Shown here in pieces: positions 37,683 to 47,794 of a stretch of 64,000 nucleotides of DNA. Below the pieces are notes generated by a model. That model was given only the letters and a program-made list of their open reading frames with translations, was not told the origin of the DNA and ran no database searches. This DNA is from Giardia intestinalis (taxonomy: Eukaryota). The position numbers and the translations under genes are program-made. How positions within the stretch are numbered: the stretch's first letter is position 1; every line of letters starts with the position of its first letter. The stretch is taken from assembly GCA_000002435.2 (NCBI GenBank), contig CM018791.1. The stretch is one strand, 5' to 3'.

Positions 37683-40600
37683 TCATTCGCGCTGAGTCAG
37701 TAAGTACTCAATACAGCTAGATAGGTTGGGAATGAGTCTCTCCATTTCGTAGTTTTCATTGTCGTACTCATTGACACTCGGACCCTCCCTTGATGACATC
37801 TCAACCAGCTCAGAGAGGTGTGCAGACAGTTCTCCGACCAGATTGAAATTGTTTCTTATTAGGACAGGGTATTCGCGCAAATAAAGGAGCTTTACGCATT
37901 CAAGGTGCCCTTGGATCCCTGCTAGAAAGAGCGCGGTGACTCCATCATTGGCCAATAACCCACCTTCATGTTCCAGAAGGATGCGGACAGCCTCCAGCCT
38001 TCCATTGCTTGCTGCATACATGAGGGCAGTAGACCCCCGTGCATCGCGCATCCCGGCTTCTGCTGGTATCAGCTTCTTAATGCACTCTGTCGCGTCCGTC
38101 GCTGCTGCAAACATAAGTGCCGTCATGCCCTTGTCTGTTGTTTTTCTCAAGTCGTTTGTTTTAAGCATTAATATCTCCACGCATTCAGGTCTGTTAGCGT
38201 CTGCTGCCTTCATCAGGGCTGTTTCCCAATTCACATCTATAGAGTCAGTGAAGAGGCCAGCCTCCACCATTCTCGAAACAAATAACGTAGAACCACCCGC
38301 AGCTGCAGCCATAAGCGGTGTCTGCTGCTTATTATCGCAAATCTTGTGCTCCTTAGGATAGAGGATTTCTGCACATGCATCGTATCCATTGAGCAGCGCC
38401 CAAAAAAGAGCTGTGCGGCCCGTTGTGGTAGCGCAACCAGCCTCTGTTTCTGCAAGAAGTTTGACGCAGTCTGTGTGTCCATTACGGGCGGCATAAATAA
38501 GGGCTGTATAGTCAAACCCTGCCCGTCGACCTGCCTCATCGAGGTAGTTCTTAACCTGCTCGATGTCTCCAACTGCAGCATAAATCATCAGCCACGTCAT
38601 GCCAGAGATCTCCTTCTCAAAGATGAAGTATCTAATTACGTCCCAATTGGCCAACAGGCATGCGTCTTGCAAGGCAGTGAAGTTGTCCATGGAATGTATT
38701 CCCATGTTACATAACAGATACTTGTATAGATCAGTTGCCACCACGTTGGCGTTGGCAGCCATGAGGGCGCTCCTACACCCTGTTTCAGAGTTCCAGAGAA
38801 TATTAAAGCTATTGTATGGATGGTTCTGAGAGACATCGGTGGTCCTTAGCTCGAGCACCTTTTCTTTATCTCTCTTGGTGACTGCATTTATAAACTGGGT
38901 CTTAGTCGAGCTGGTGAAGCCCTCGCGAGATTTGACGCTGGAACGAATGTTATGCTTTAATAGATAATCGCATATTATCTGCATCGAATTATGGGCCAAA
39001 TATGAAATCCCATGATTAAGTAGAGCAGAGCCGCAATCCACCGACAACAGATCTGGCAATAAAGCTAGAATTGCAGATAGCCCCACAGCATTGTCAACCT
39101 CTATGGCTGCCATGAGCACTGATCGTCCAAAGTGATCTGTTACTGCTGTAATCGAAAGGTTAGTGTCCCTCTTACACATTTCTTTTAAAACTTTGCACGC
39201 AAGGTCTGTGATGTGTCTAGACAACGCCCCAAAGAGAATAGCTATTTGCTGCTCGTGTGAGTAATCATCTAACTTAAACTGTGGAGACGGCGACTTTTGC
39301 TGATCTGCTGTGGCTGCCAATTCCAGGAACTTAAGTACAGCAATAGCGCTCTTTATGTGCTTTGAAGAGAAATAAGTAAAAAGCTCTGAATCTAATGGTG
39401 GAATAATGCCGTGATCAATGATGGAAAATAGTAGTTTGGCAGCGCCATTGACTCTAGAAGAAAACAGTTGCAAAAGAAGTAGTGGATAGCAAAGGCTACG
39501 CCGTTTCAGCGAAAGCAGAAATACCTTGTCAAAGGAGATCCGACCTAAAAGGTCACGCTCTTTGCAGAATGCATAAACAAACTCAATGATCTTCTTGCTG
39601 CATGACATCACTGCAATTTCGAACACAGAGTCCCCAGATAACGAGTGGTACTCCCACTCGTGTTGAAGAAGCAGCTGCACTGCTTTAAAGTGGTTAAGAA
39701 ACAGCGCTATGATAAGCGCCGTGTTTCCGTGACGGTCATACATCCCCAGCTCCGACTTATTTGGACAATGATTGCTCGAAAGGTCAAGTATTTCTTCCAA
39801 AATGTCGTATTGCTGCGCGCTGACGGCATGCATCGTTGCCGTCCAGAGATTGCTATCTACCATCTGTGCCTCTAGAGGAAAAAGTGAAGAAATATACTTA
39901 CCTTTCCCATTTATTACTGCATGCATGAGCGCAGTGTTATTACCGCTATCTTGCAAGCATGCCTCACTAAGCAGTGGCTGTAGGCTTTTGAGCTGGCCCG
40001 AGATAACCGCTCGAATCAGCGCAGTTTGGCCTGTTTTTGGTTTGATACCTTTTTCGTAGTTTATAAGTGCCATGATGATATCTGTATAGCCGCCTTGGGC
40101 AGCATACATCAATGCAGTCATACCAGTACTGCTAATCATAGTGGACTCAGAAGGAGCCAGAGCCACCACCACATCCAGATGATTTGTTTGCGCAGCCAGC
40201 ATCAAGGCCGTTTGGCCTGCGCTATTGGTCATCTTCGCCTCCTTATCCTTCAGTAGCTCAACCACGTTAACAAAGCCTCGAGACGCGGCCGTCATTAATG
40301 CAGTTACCCCAGTTCCATCTTGGAGCCCTGCTAGTATCATTAGAGGCTGTGCTGTCTCAAGCTGACCTGAGAGGGCGGCTGACATCAAGGGGGTTGTTTT
40401 GACGTACTTGTAGAACCCTATTTCAAGCAATAACTGGTCTAGGTACTCGGAAATGCCCGTCATCGCCGCTATGTTGATACTCATGGTATTGAGGTACTTT
40501 ATTCCGATGTCGTCTGCATTCTCCTTTATATAGTTCACGATTGGCTCGGACAAAAGGTTAGTATGTGGGACCTTCAGCAGGCAAGTCATAAGATTGGTTG

Positions 40601-41606
40601 CAAGGTTCGTCTCTTGGGGATGTACGGGGTACGATGGTGGCGGGTGTCCAAGCTCTGTCATATGCCTGATGATGGTTCTTCCAAGGTCGATGTTTCGAGC
40701 CTTATATGCCATAAACATAGCATAATTGGCAATGGAATAATCTCCCAACCAAGAGATATAGCCTTGAAACGCTTCGTTGCGATGTTGAAGAATGCATGCA
40801 ATCATACTATCTAACTGTAGGTTCAATGTCGTTTTAACAATAGCAGGTAGTGGTGCATTGCCTATACCAGGAGCAGTGACTCGAGGCTGCAGGAGCTCTA
40901 CATCATTGAGCTCTGGTGTCTCCACCGTCAACGAATGCTGCTTGCTGAATGCCAATAGGCCAAGTATCCCTATGTCTGGGCGCTTAGTTGGATCGCACGT
41001 TAAGCACAATTTAATGAGGCTATTGAGATAGGAGGAGTAGGTGTGAGAGCAGATGAGCTCTGGATTGATAAAAGAATGCTGCTGTGCAAATGAAGTAAGA
41101 TTATCCAGAATATCTTTTGGCTCCTTTAGCAAGCACAGAGACGACAGGAAAAGGCCAAGACACCAGGTTAAGTCCGAACTGGAAAAGGTTTCCTCTGAGA
41201 GAGTAAAATCGAGCAACTCTTGCTTAACAGTATGACGAAATGCTAGGTATGCAGAGGGAGGTCCATAAGTATCAAACCAGGGGAGCCCATCTACCATGCA
41301 AAGGCTTTGAACATGAACCCATAGAGACAGATTTTTCCTATGGGCGTGAAAACTGAGCCAGTTTATGGCCCTAATGAATTGCCGAGCAGCACCCCATATG
41401 TGAGACTCGTCGATGGTTGTGTTGTGTGCTCTGCAATCTTTGATGTAAGCCGCAAGCGTTTTGCCTTTCTTTGCCCCAGCTAGCGTAAAAACATTGATTG
41501 AACCACCAGAGCGCCTTCTCTTTCTAAGAGAAATACCTTGCGGCGGAGTTAGCCCAGGAATAATGTCTGTAAGCAAAACCGAGTTAGAGAGGAGGGAGCT
41601 AGACAT
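37683..41606 (-). CDS. Large ankyrin-repeat protein of the Giardia Protein 21.1 family, 1307 aa.
   Basis: ATG confirmed. More than 20 ankyrin repeats with the Giardia-typical G(Q/M/V)TALM(L/Y)AA...GH...V..L signature. No kinase domain was seen. Confidence 0.75.
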   Translation of the reverse strand: MSSSLLSNSVLLTDIIPGLTPPQGISLRKRRRSGGSINVFTLAGAKKGKTLAAYIKDCRAHNTTIDESHIWGAARQFIRAINWLSFHAHRKNLSLWVHVQSLCMVDGLPWFDTYGPPSAYLAFRHTVKQELLDFTLSEETFSSSDLTWCLGLFLSSLCLLKEPKDILDNLTSFAQQHSFINPELICSHTYSSYLNSLIKLCLTCDPTKRPDIGILGLLAFSKQHSLTVETPELNDVELLQPRVTAPGIGNAPLPAIVKTTLNLQLDSMIACILQHRNEAFQGYISWLGDYSIANYAMFMAYKARNIDLGRTIIRHMTELGHPPPSYPVHPQETNLATNLMTCLLKVPHTNLLSEPIVNYIKENADDIGIKYLNTMSINIAAMTGISEYLDQLLLEIGFYKYVKTTPLMSAALSGQLETAQPLMILAGLQDGTGVTALMTAASRGFVNVVELLKDKEAKMTNSAGQTALMLAAQTNHLDVVVALAPSESTMISSTGMTALMYAAQGGYTDIIMALINYEKGIKPKTGQTALIRAVISGQLKSLQPLLSEACLQDSGNNTALMHAVINGKGKYISSLFPLEAQMVDSNLWTATMHAVSAQQYDILEEILDLSSNHCPNKSELGMYDRHGNTALIIALFLNHFKAVQLLLQHEWEYHSLSGDSVFEIAVMSCSKKIIEFVYAFCKERDLLGRISFDKVFLLSLKRRSLCYPLLLLQLFSSRVNGAAKLLFSIIDHGIIPPLDSELFTYFSSKHIKSAIAVLKFLELAATADQQKSPSPQFKLDDYSHEQQIAILFGALSRHITDLACKVLKEMCKRDTNLSITAVTDHFGRSVLMAAIEVDNAVGLSAILALLPDLLSVDCGSALLNHGISYLAHNSMQIICDYLLKHNIRSSVKSREGFTSSTKTQFINAVTKRDKEKVLELRTTDVSQNHPYNSFNILWNSETGCRSALMAANANVVATDLYKYLLCNMGIHSMDNFTALQDACLLANWDVIRYFIFEKEISGMTWLMIYAAVGDIEQVKNYLDEAGRRAGFDYTALIYAARNGHTDCVKLLAETEAGCATTTGRTALFWALLNGYDACAEILYPKEHKICDNKQQTPLMAAAAGGSTLFVSRMVEAGLFTDSIDVNWETALMKAADANRPECVEILMLKTNDLRKTTDKGMTALMFAAATDATECIKKLIPAEAGMRDARGSTALMYAASNGRLEAVRILLEHEGGLLANDGVTALFLAGIQGHLECVKLLYLREYPVLIRNNFNLVGELSAHLSELVEMSSREGPSVNEYDNENYEMERLIPNLSSCIEYLLTQRE

Positions 41607-41612
41607 TTAAAA

Positions 41613-42209
41613 ATGGAGAATATTGATGGTTTACTCTACCGCAAGGAAACAGCCAAAGCCTTGCTTGAACGCCTTGCTTCTATGCCTCTGGATAATGTCA
41701 ATCCCAATGAAGTCATCTCTGCCACATTTTTCGCCTATTTATTCGATGAAGACTTCAGCCATGCCCAGGCGGTGTTTACCGGGCTGAAGCCGGCAGACTT
41801 GGTTTCTAAGCCGGGATTAGCTGCAGCAGGTATTTTACTGCTCGTGGTTCTGGCTGAGTCAGCCACCACGAGCTGGGATAGTACAAAGCTTTTGTGTGAG
41901 GCAACAGCCTATGCTACCGAGCTCTACGTGCGTGATTCAAGTTGCAGTACGTTTGAACATCTTCATGACTCTATGGTCTTATTCGGTTCGGGAGCTATTT
42001 CCCTGTTTATAGCTGAGCTCGACAAACTGTCTGAGGCTCACTCAGTGGAGCTAGCACCGCTCCTTCCTGCTCTTCAGGAATGCACTAATGATAGAGGTAG
42101 ACGAGCGCTGAGCCTCCTGCGCTCTGCAAAGGGTCAGGTTGAGGAGCCATTTATGCGAAAGCTTGCCGAATTGAGGGGGCTGGATGCATCCCATGGGAAA
42201 ATAGTGTAA
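41613..42209 (+). CDS. Hypothetical protein, 198 aa.
   Basis: ATG at 41613. It is expressed divergently from the ankyrin gene, with only 6 bp (ttaaaa) between the two start codons. No domain was recognised. Confidence 0.4.
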   Translation: MENIDGLLYRKETAKALLERLASMPLDNVNPNEVISATFFAYLFDEDFSHAQAVFTGLKPADLVSKPGLAAAGILLLVVLAESATTSWDSTKLLCEATAYATELYVRDSSCSTFEHLHDSMVLFGSGAISLFIAELDKLSEAHSVELAPLLPALQECTNDRGRRALSLLRSAKGQVEEPFMRKLAELRGLDASHGKIV

Positions 42210-42213
42210 ACAA

Positions 42214-43695
42214 TTATAGAGTGCCCTCCTTTATTATCGAGTTAATTTCTGCTAGAAGCTCCTGGGGGGAACTTGGATTGAAAAGCTCAAATGTTGCAAG
42301 AAAGTTGGATATGACGTCTGCGCGTTTCTGAATCACATTTTGCAGAGCTGTACGTGCTGTACGTGCTGAGCGTTGAGTATTTGGGTGAGAAAGGATGCAC
42401 ATAGCTTTGGTTTCTAGTGCACACGTATATCCAATGAGGACAGGGTTTCGCTGAGCTGCTGGTACCGTGCGGATGCTTTGTGCTAAAGAAATAGATTCAG
42501 TTGGGGCCGAAGCAAGAAGTGCTCGAGCTAAGTGATAGGCTACCTTTACGTATATGTCTGGATATCGAACAGAAAGCTTCAGCAGATTCCGCAGCCCCTC
42601 AACGCTTGTGGTGTTCCCTAAAGATAATAGTGCACAGTGCTGTATTAATTGTGCAATCAAGCTAATGCGTGGATTTAAGGTGCTGCGTCTTTTCAGAAGT
42701 ACATTACAACGTTGGATAGCAATGCCTGGCCTCTGGGCTTCAACGGCCTTCATAATGTCACGTAGATCATGAGGAATGGAGTTCTGCAGTCGTGCTGACC
42801 CACTCCGGGATAGTGGTGAGAGGGGCTGACTCACCGTTCGCATGCTGGCCGCCTTAGGAGCACTAATAGACCGGGGATTTTTCGCTGCCCAAAAGGTATC
42901 TCTCTGCGTTGCGAATTCTAAGCCGCTAGATACCAGATCTCGAACACAGTTGACGTCACTCAAAGATTCGAAGAAAGCTATATCGCTGGAGATGAAGCTC
43001 TTGCTTACAGGAGTGTAACGAGTCTTCAGTGTAGCTGGTTCAGGATTAGGAGAACTTACTGACAAGGCCGGGGAGTCATCCTCGACGGATGGGGTTTCTC
43101 TAACAGAAGGAATCTGCCACAAACGAAACTGAGGAGTAGACAAGTCCATTGGATCAGCATGATCCGCAATTGTACTAGCATCAATTATGATACCGCGTTC
43201 CAAAAGGTCTAAGAGAAGATTCATGTCATGTGTGTTAAACCTGCAACTGTCACGGAGAGCCTCCTCGGAGCGCTTGATGCCATACAGATAGGATTTGATA
43301 TCTGGACGCAGCTCGATACAGCGATAAAGACTAACGCAAGATTGCTCAAACTCTGCAGCTTGGAATAGGGCCTCCGAGAGACAAAAATGAGCACGATGGT
43401 TGAAAGGCTCAGCTTGTAGTACACAACGTGTGTCTTCGATAGACTCAGGTATGCGGCCTGCAAGCATGTTACAACGCGCCCGTAAAAGTCTCACATTAAC
43501 ATTATCCGCATCCAGCTCCAAGGCATGTTTGCAAGCAGCGATCGCTTTAGGATAATCATGCAGCGCGCAGCAGCGTTGCGCCTCAGATACAAAAGTCCCC
43601 ATCTGTGGGTGCTGTAACGGGTCCTTGGCAATCATGAAAGTGCAATTAATATTTGGAGAATGCCTGGCATTGTTCGTATCTTGGCCATCCCCCAT
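42214..43695 (-). CDS. Hypothetical TPR-containing protein, 493 aa.
   Basis: ATG confirmed. The N-terminal three TPR-like units are AQRCCALHDYPKAIAACKHALELDADNV, NVRLLRARCNMLAGRIPESIEDTRCVLQAEPFN and HRAHFCLSEALFQAAEFEQSCVSLYRCIELRP. Confidence 0.45.
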   Translation of the reverse strand: MGDGQDTNNARHSPNINCTFMIAKDPLQHPQMGTFVSEAQRCCALHDYPKAIAACKHALELDADNVNVRLLRARCNMLAGRIPESIEDTRCVLQAEPFNHRAHFCLSEALFQAAEFEQSCVSLYRCIELRPDIKSYLYGIKRSEEALRDSCRFNTHDMNLLLDLLERGIIIDASTIADHADPMDLSTPQFRLWQIPSVRETPSVEDDSPALSVSSPNPEPATLKTRYTPVSKSFISSDIAFFESLSDVNCVRDLVSSGLEFATQRDTFWAAKNPRSISAPKAASMRTVSQPLSPLSRSGSARLQNSIPHDLRDIMKAVEAQRPGIAIQRCNVLLKRRSTLNPRISLIAQLIQHCALLSLGNTTSVEGLRNLLKLSVRYPDIYVKVAYHLARALLASAPTESISLAQSIRTVPAAQRNPVLIGYTCALETKAMCILSHPNTQRSARTARTALQNVIQKRADVISNFLATFELFNPSSPQELLAEINSIIKEGTL

Positions 43696-44253
43696 TGTGC
43701 CACCCCGGCAGCCATACGGCAGCTATTATCGCACCACGGGACCATAGATAGAATATACCTCAAGCCCGAGAACAACGCTAATGCAGTGGCCCGAGCCGCA
43801 GGAGCGAACGAACCTGTTCACACAAGGTACATAGATGGGTACGTGGAGTTTGCAGATGCATCCCAAGCTAAATTCGTCTGTCAAATACTTAACGGAAGGT
43901 CAATGTCTTACGGACTTGCACGCGAAAAGAAATCCCGCTTTTCAAGATATGTTTGGCGGCTGGCACACATGCCAAACATGGAATGGACAGACATTAACTA
44001 TGAGCATTCGTGTTTGTCACGGTCACGGGAGGCCATAATAAAGGCAGAGCTGGCCACCAGATCAAAGAATCTCGGAGATTATTTGTTACGCTTGCAGCGG
44101 ACTCGAGCCAGGAGAAATATGAGCAGTAGTGAAGAAGAGAGCTCAAGCAGTACTGAGGAAGACGGGCCAGGTTATCGCAGGCACCCTGTCATCCGCCAAC
44201 GGGGGATTCGAAGTGAAAAAGGGCGAATTGATTGTCTACTTGGATTGCTGTGA
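43660..44253 (+). CDS. Esf2/ABT1-like pre-rRNA processing factor (RRM-like).
   Basis: ATG confirmed. GIVRILAIPHCATPAAIRQLLSHHGTIDRIYLKPE...YIDGYVEFADASQAKFVCQILNGRSM...YVWRLAHMPNMEWTDINYE...AELATRSKNL... follows the Esf2/ABT1 pattern (GIVYLSRIP..M.P..LR..LS.YGEI.RIYL...Y.EGWVEF..K..A..LN...IG.....W...YL..F.W..L.EQ). The acidic Ser/Glu tail is also typical. The 5' end overlaps the upstream minus-strand gene by 36 bp. Confidence 0.55.
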   Translation: MPGIVRILAIPHCATPAAIRQLLSHHGTIDRIYLKPENNANAVARAAGANEPVHTRYIDGYVEFADASQAKFVCQILNGRSMSYGLAREKKSRFSRYVWRLAHMPNMEWTDINYEHSCLSRSREAIIKAELATRSKNLGDYLLRLQRTRARRNMSSSEEESSSSTEEDGPGYRRHPVIRQRGIRSEKGRIDCLLGLL

Positions 44254-44264
44254 GTAGGGTTACT

Positions 44265-44271
44265 AGTAAAC
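44265..44271 (+). promoter_or_regulatory. Poly(A) signal AGTAAAC after the Esf2-like gene.
   Basis: agtaaac lies 12 nt after the TGA at 44251..44253. Confidence 0.6.
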
Positions 44272-44332
44272 AGTAAGCGTATTCTCGGTTGCAAGCCCAG
44301 AGTCACGGAATGTCACGGAGGCTTTTAGAAAT

Positions 44333-45454
44333 ATGCAATCGAGTTTTCTAGGTCCAGATGAAAGCGCGGACATAGCAGGTTCCAGGCTTTGCGCGGCACG
44401 GAATGGATACTACTACATACACCTTTCCAAGCCATACTCTGGTGCCTCGATGGAGCTGTGGTACATCTTGGCAACAATGAAGGAGTTGGAAATCTTCAAG
44501 AGACCAGTGTTTGGGGTTGAGCTGCGATCTATCGATCCCCACGGGATACGCCTTACAGAGATGCATGGGAGCTTGGTACTATCCCTATTATCTAGAGACA
44601 CAGACTCTCTACAGTTCTACTTTTTGGACATAGACAGTGCCACTGCCTTACCCGTCATGCTTAGAGGTTCTAAGATTTCTCACCGCATCAATTACAGCAT
44701 GATTCACATCGCCTGCCAGCGCATCCTTCTGGTAGGCGGATCTTCTCCAACAGGGGTCTATTACTCAAGCCTTTTTGTCCTCGATTTTGCAACGGGAGAG
44801 TCACGAAAGATGCGTCCTTTGACACACGGTCTCGACGGGTTCACCCTTACTCATTTGGGGCCCGGTCGTGTAGGCCTTTTCGGAGGCTACTCTAAAATAT
44901 CCTGTGAAAACATGATTTACCTTGTCAACAAAGACCAGTGGAGCGCAGTTTGTCCAAATGATGAAGTTGATGAGCTAGTTGCGAAGCGGTGGAAACCCTG
45001 TCTTCATAAGCTTACGGACACCCTTATCTTGATATTTGGGGGGTACAATGGCCGCGTGCTTAATGATCTTTATGTATACAGCACGTCATCCAATGCATAT
45101 GCAACGATATATCCTAGAGGCACAAGTCCCCTTGCACCGCGAGAAGACGGCGCGTACATTCTAACAAAAGATAAAGCCAATCTTGTCCTCATCGGGGGTG
45201 GAACCAAGCGCTGTGATGTGCTAGACATAGAAACACTTCGAACCAGCGCTATGGCAATCCTCGCAGACGCCCTTCTGAAGCGCGATCTTACTGGTCAACA
45301 ATTAGGTGCCCCGCAATTAGTTTCGTCGGAACATCACACTGCTGAAGAGAAGGACTCCGTAGGGTCCCGGATAGTGGATGAGATAAAGGCCAAGGTCGCT
45401 GCCAGCGGACAGACTACAGAGCTACTCGACATTGTTTGGCCTAAGAAACGTTAA
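44333..45454 (+). CDS. Hypothetical protein with a kelch-like beta-propeller.
   Basis: ATG confirmed. Repeated hydrophobic-GG blades (LLVGGSS, GLFGGYS, LIFGGYNG, VLIGGGT) are spaced about 50 aa apart. Confidence 0.4.
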   Translation: MQSSFLGPDESADIAGSRLCAARNGYYYIHLSKPYSGASMELWYILATMKELEIFKRPVFGVELRSIDPHGIRLTEMHGSLVLSLLSRDTDSLQFYFLDIDSATALPVMLRGSKISHRINYSMIHIACQRILLVGGSSPTGVYYSSLFVLDFATGESRKMRPLTHGLDGFTLTHLGPGRVGLFGGYSKISCENMIYLVNKDQWSAVCPNDEVDELVAKRWKPCLHKLTDTLILIFGGYNGRVLNDLYVYSTSSNAYATIYPRGTSPLAPREDGAYILTKDKANLVLIGGGTKRCDVLDIETLRTSAMAILADALLKRDLTGQQLGAPQLVSSEHHTAEEKDSVGSRIVDEIKAKVAASGQTTELLDIVWPKKR

Positions 45455-45483
45455 CACCCACCTATTCACTCGAGGGCTTACCA

Positions 45484-47448
45484 TCAGTTGGTCACGGCAG
45501 GAGAGCTGGATCCAGGAGGCACAGCGATGCGATTAGTTCTTAGGATAGCCCCTGGAGACGTCCCAGACGGTAAATGAGCAGACGGTCCTCCCGACTTGGG
45601 TTGTTCTGACCCACCCACCTGGCGTGCATGTGGAGACGCAACCGTTTGAGAGGGTGGAGAGGACCTGACCTGCGGTTGAGACGCCTCACGCGAGCGTGAG
45701 GAGCGATCCTGTCTGTCAGCCTTGGGTGATGTTGCCGACTCGACTGGGCCAGTGGGAATCGGTGGTGCAATGATTGGTGCAGGTGTGGGCACAGCCTTTT
45801 TTAGCCCGTCTACCCCCTTAACAACGTGTGCCATGACGTGGTTTGACCCTCGTCTGACAGTTCCTATGGTATTGACAGGATGCTCTGTCGAGCTAACTAG
45901 GAACGACCCGAAGATGACGACGATGTCGTCTCCAGAGGCTGCAATGCCGTTCTTGATAACGTACTCATCGCATACCTTTGTCGCATCCTCAATGTCAGTG
46001 AACCTGTGACACACGTTGACTGTGACGCCCCAGAGCAAATTCATCCACCTCGCAGTGGACTCTGCAGCGGTCATAACTACAACCGGTACTGTGGGCCGCT
46101 GCCTCATCAAGCGAATCAGCCCGCCCCCATGGATGGAGAAGATGCAAATGCACTTTGCATCAAGAATGGAGGCAAGGCTGATAGCAGAGACACTGATACT
46201 GTCAGGAAGTCGGTGCTGTGAATCCGTCTTGAGCGGTTGCTTGCGCGTTGTGCCACTAAACAGAACCTTCGATCTGTAAGAGACGTCAAGAGGATCATTC
46301 TCGACTGCAACAATGATTTCCACGAGGTACTTAACAGTGGCAACCGAGTGGTGCCCCGTGGACGTCTCAGCACAAAGAACAAACCCATCACACCCATCTC
46401 CGAGACAGTTAGTAACGTCGGAGACCTCGGCACGTGTCGGTATCACATTTTCAGACATGGACTCACACACATTCGTTGCTATATAGCACATCTTACCGGA
46501 GTCACGAGCAATCTGAATGATGGACTTCTGAATGGACGGAAGGTAGCTGAAGTCCATCTCATCTCCGAGTGCCCCGCGCGCTATCATGATCCCATCAACG
46601 TGAGTTACTATCTGCTTAAGGTTGAGCACCGCCAGAGGGGTCTCCACCTTCGTCATTAGCATCGGTCTGAAGTCAGGGTACTTTTTGCTTAAGAAGTCGG
46701 TGTAATTCTCTATGTGCTTAATGTCTGACTCTGTGTTGATATGGGAGTAACAGATCCAGTCAACCGGCATCTTTTCGGCGAGGAGATGTAAATGCTCATA
46801 TTCCAAGGATGTGAGGGGTGCTATGGACGACAGCTTAGATGGAATGCGCAGAGAGCTTCCACCGTAGAGTTTTGTAGAGCCACGAGTGGTCACCACAGCT
46901 TTGACGTTTGTCTTGTCCGGACTAACACTTGTAACCTTTGCAATAAGCGGTCCATTCTTGAAAACTACCTCGTCACCGACCTCGATGACCGTGAATATTT
47001 CTGACTCGTTAACAAAAACTGTATTGGGTGCGTCGCATTCCATTGCCTTGTTGAACATGATATTGAGCTCGGAGCCCTCTTGAAGGGTGATGGAATTCGT
47101 CGTATTCCTGAACCGCGTGACACGGAACTTCGGTCCCTGAAGCGAGGCGATAATGCTGATGTGCTTTTTCTGGTCTGCTGCACACTTGCGGACCAAATTG
47201 TAAAGCCTGATGTTCTCCTCGTTGCTTGCCTTGGCCATAACGATGCGGAACGCATCTGCTCCGTGACGGATCATCTGAGCAATGGATCCCTCTGTATTGC
47301 AGCTGGGCCCAAGGGATGCAATAACCTTGGCACGGCGGTAGCGCGAGTCTCCTGGTTTGGGTGTCATTGGTGAGCGTATAAGGTCGTCAGCGACCAGATT
47401 CGCAACGATTCCGCTGGCTTGTCTACGCTGCACGGCGTCAGAGAACAT
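45484..47448 (-). CDS. PYK: Pyruvate kinase with a C-terminal Pro/Ser-rich low-complexity extension of about 110 aa.
   Basis: ATG confirmed. RRAKVIASLGP (K-T/I-K-I-V-x-T-L-GP), MIRHGADAFRIVMAKAS, MTKVETPLAV, MIARGALGDEM (MVARGDLG.E) and DGCDGFVLCAETSTGHHSVATV (DG.D..MLSGETA.G.YP.E.V) are collinear with pyruvate kinase. The tail ...PTPAPIIAPPIPTGPVESATSPKADRQDRSSRSREASQ... has no counterpart in canonical PK. Confidence 0.85.
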   Translation of the reverse strand: MFSDAVQRRQASGIVANLVADDLIRSPMTPKPGDSRYRRAKVIASLGPSCNTEGSIAQMIRHGADAFRIVMAKASNEENIRLYNLVRKCAADQKKHISIIASLQGPKFRVTRFRNTTNSITLQEGSELNIMFNKAMECDAPNTVFVNESEIFTVIEVGDEVVFKNGPLIAKVTSVSPDKTNVKAVVTTRGSTKLYGGSSLRIPSKLSSIAPLTSLEYEHLHLLAEKMPVDWICYSHINTESDIKHIENYTDFLSKKYPDFRPMLMTKVETPLAVLNLKQIVTHVDGIMIARGALGDEMDFSYLPSIQKSIIQIARDSGKMCYIATNVCESMSENVIPTRAEVSDVTNCLGDGCDGFVLCAETSTGHHSVATVKYLVEIIVAVENDPLDVSYRSKVLFSGTTRKQPLKTDSQHRLPDSISVSAISLASILDAKCICIFSIHGGGLIRLMRQRPTVPVVVMTAAESTARWMNLLWGVTVNVCHRFTDIEDATKVCDEYVIKNGIAASGDDIVVIFGSFLVSSTEHPVNTIGTVRRGSNHVMAHVVKGVDGLKKAVPTPAPIIAPPIPTGPVESATSPKADRQDRSSRSREASQPQVRSSPPSQTVASPHARQVGGSEQPKSGGPSAHLPSGTSPGAILRTNRIAVPPGSSSPAVTN

Positions 47449-47794
47449 TCCTGTCTCCCCGAAATGGAAAATTTACAAAAGCCATTTTAAATTCCTCGGT
47501 TTTTAAAGCCAGTTGTAGTAGGGCGAGTTGCCCGGTGCACGCATCAGAGCGAATGACGTGACCGCGGCGGACGTTGCAAGGACACCCACACATGTCGACA
47601 CTCCCCCATTAGCGACGTCACTCCGCTACTACTGTGCGGACAAAAGGCTCGGTCTGGCGCAGAGGTAGCACGGACCTGGGGGCAACAAGAGGTTTACTGA
47701 CTGGATCGGCAGACCACTTCACTTTTTCAGTCAACTCCAGTAGAACCAGCTTTCGATCACCAGGACAAGCATACATACTGTAAAACCGACAACA

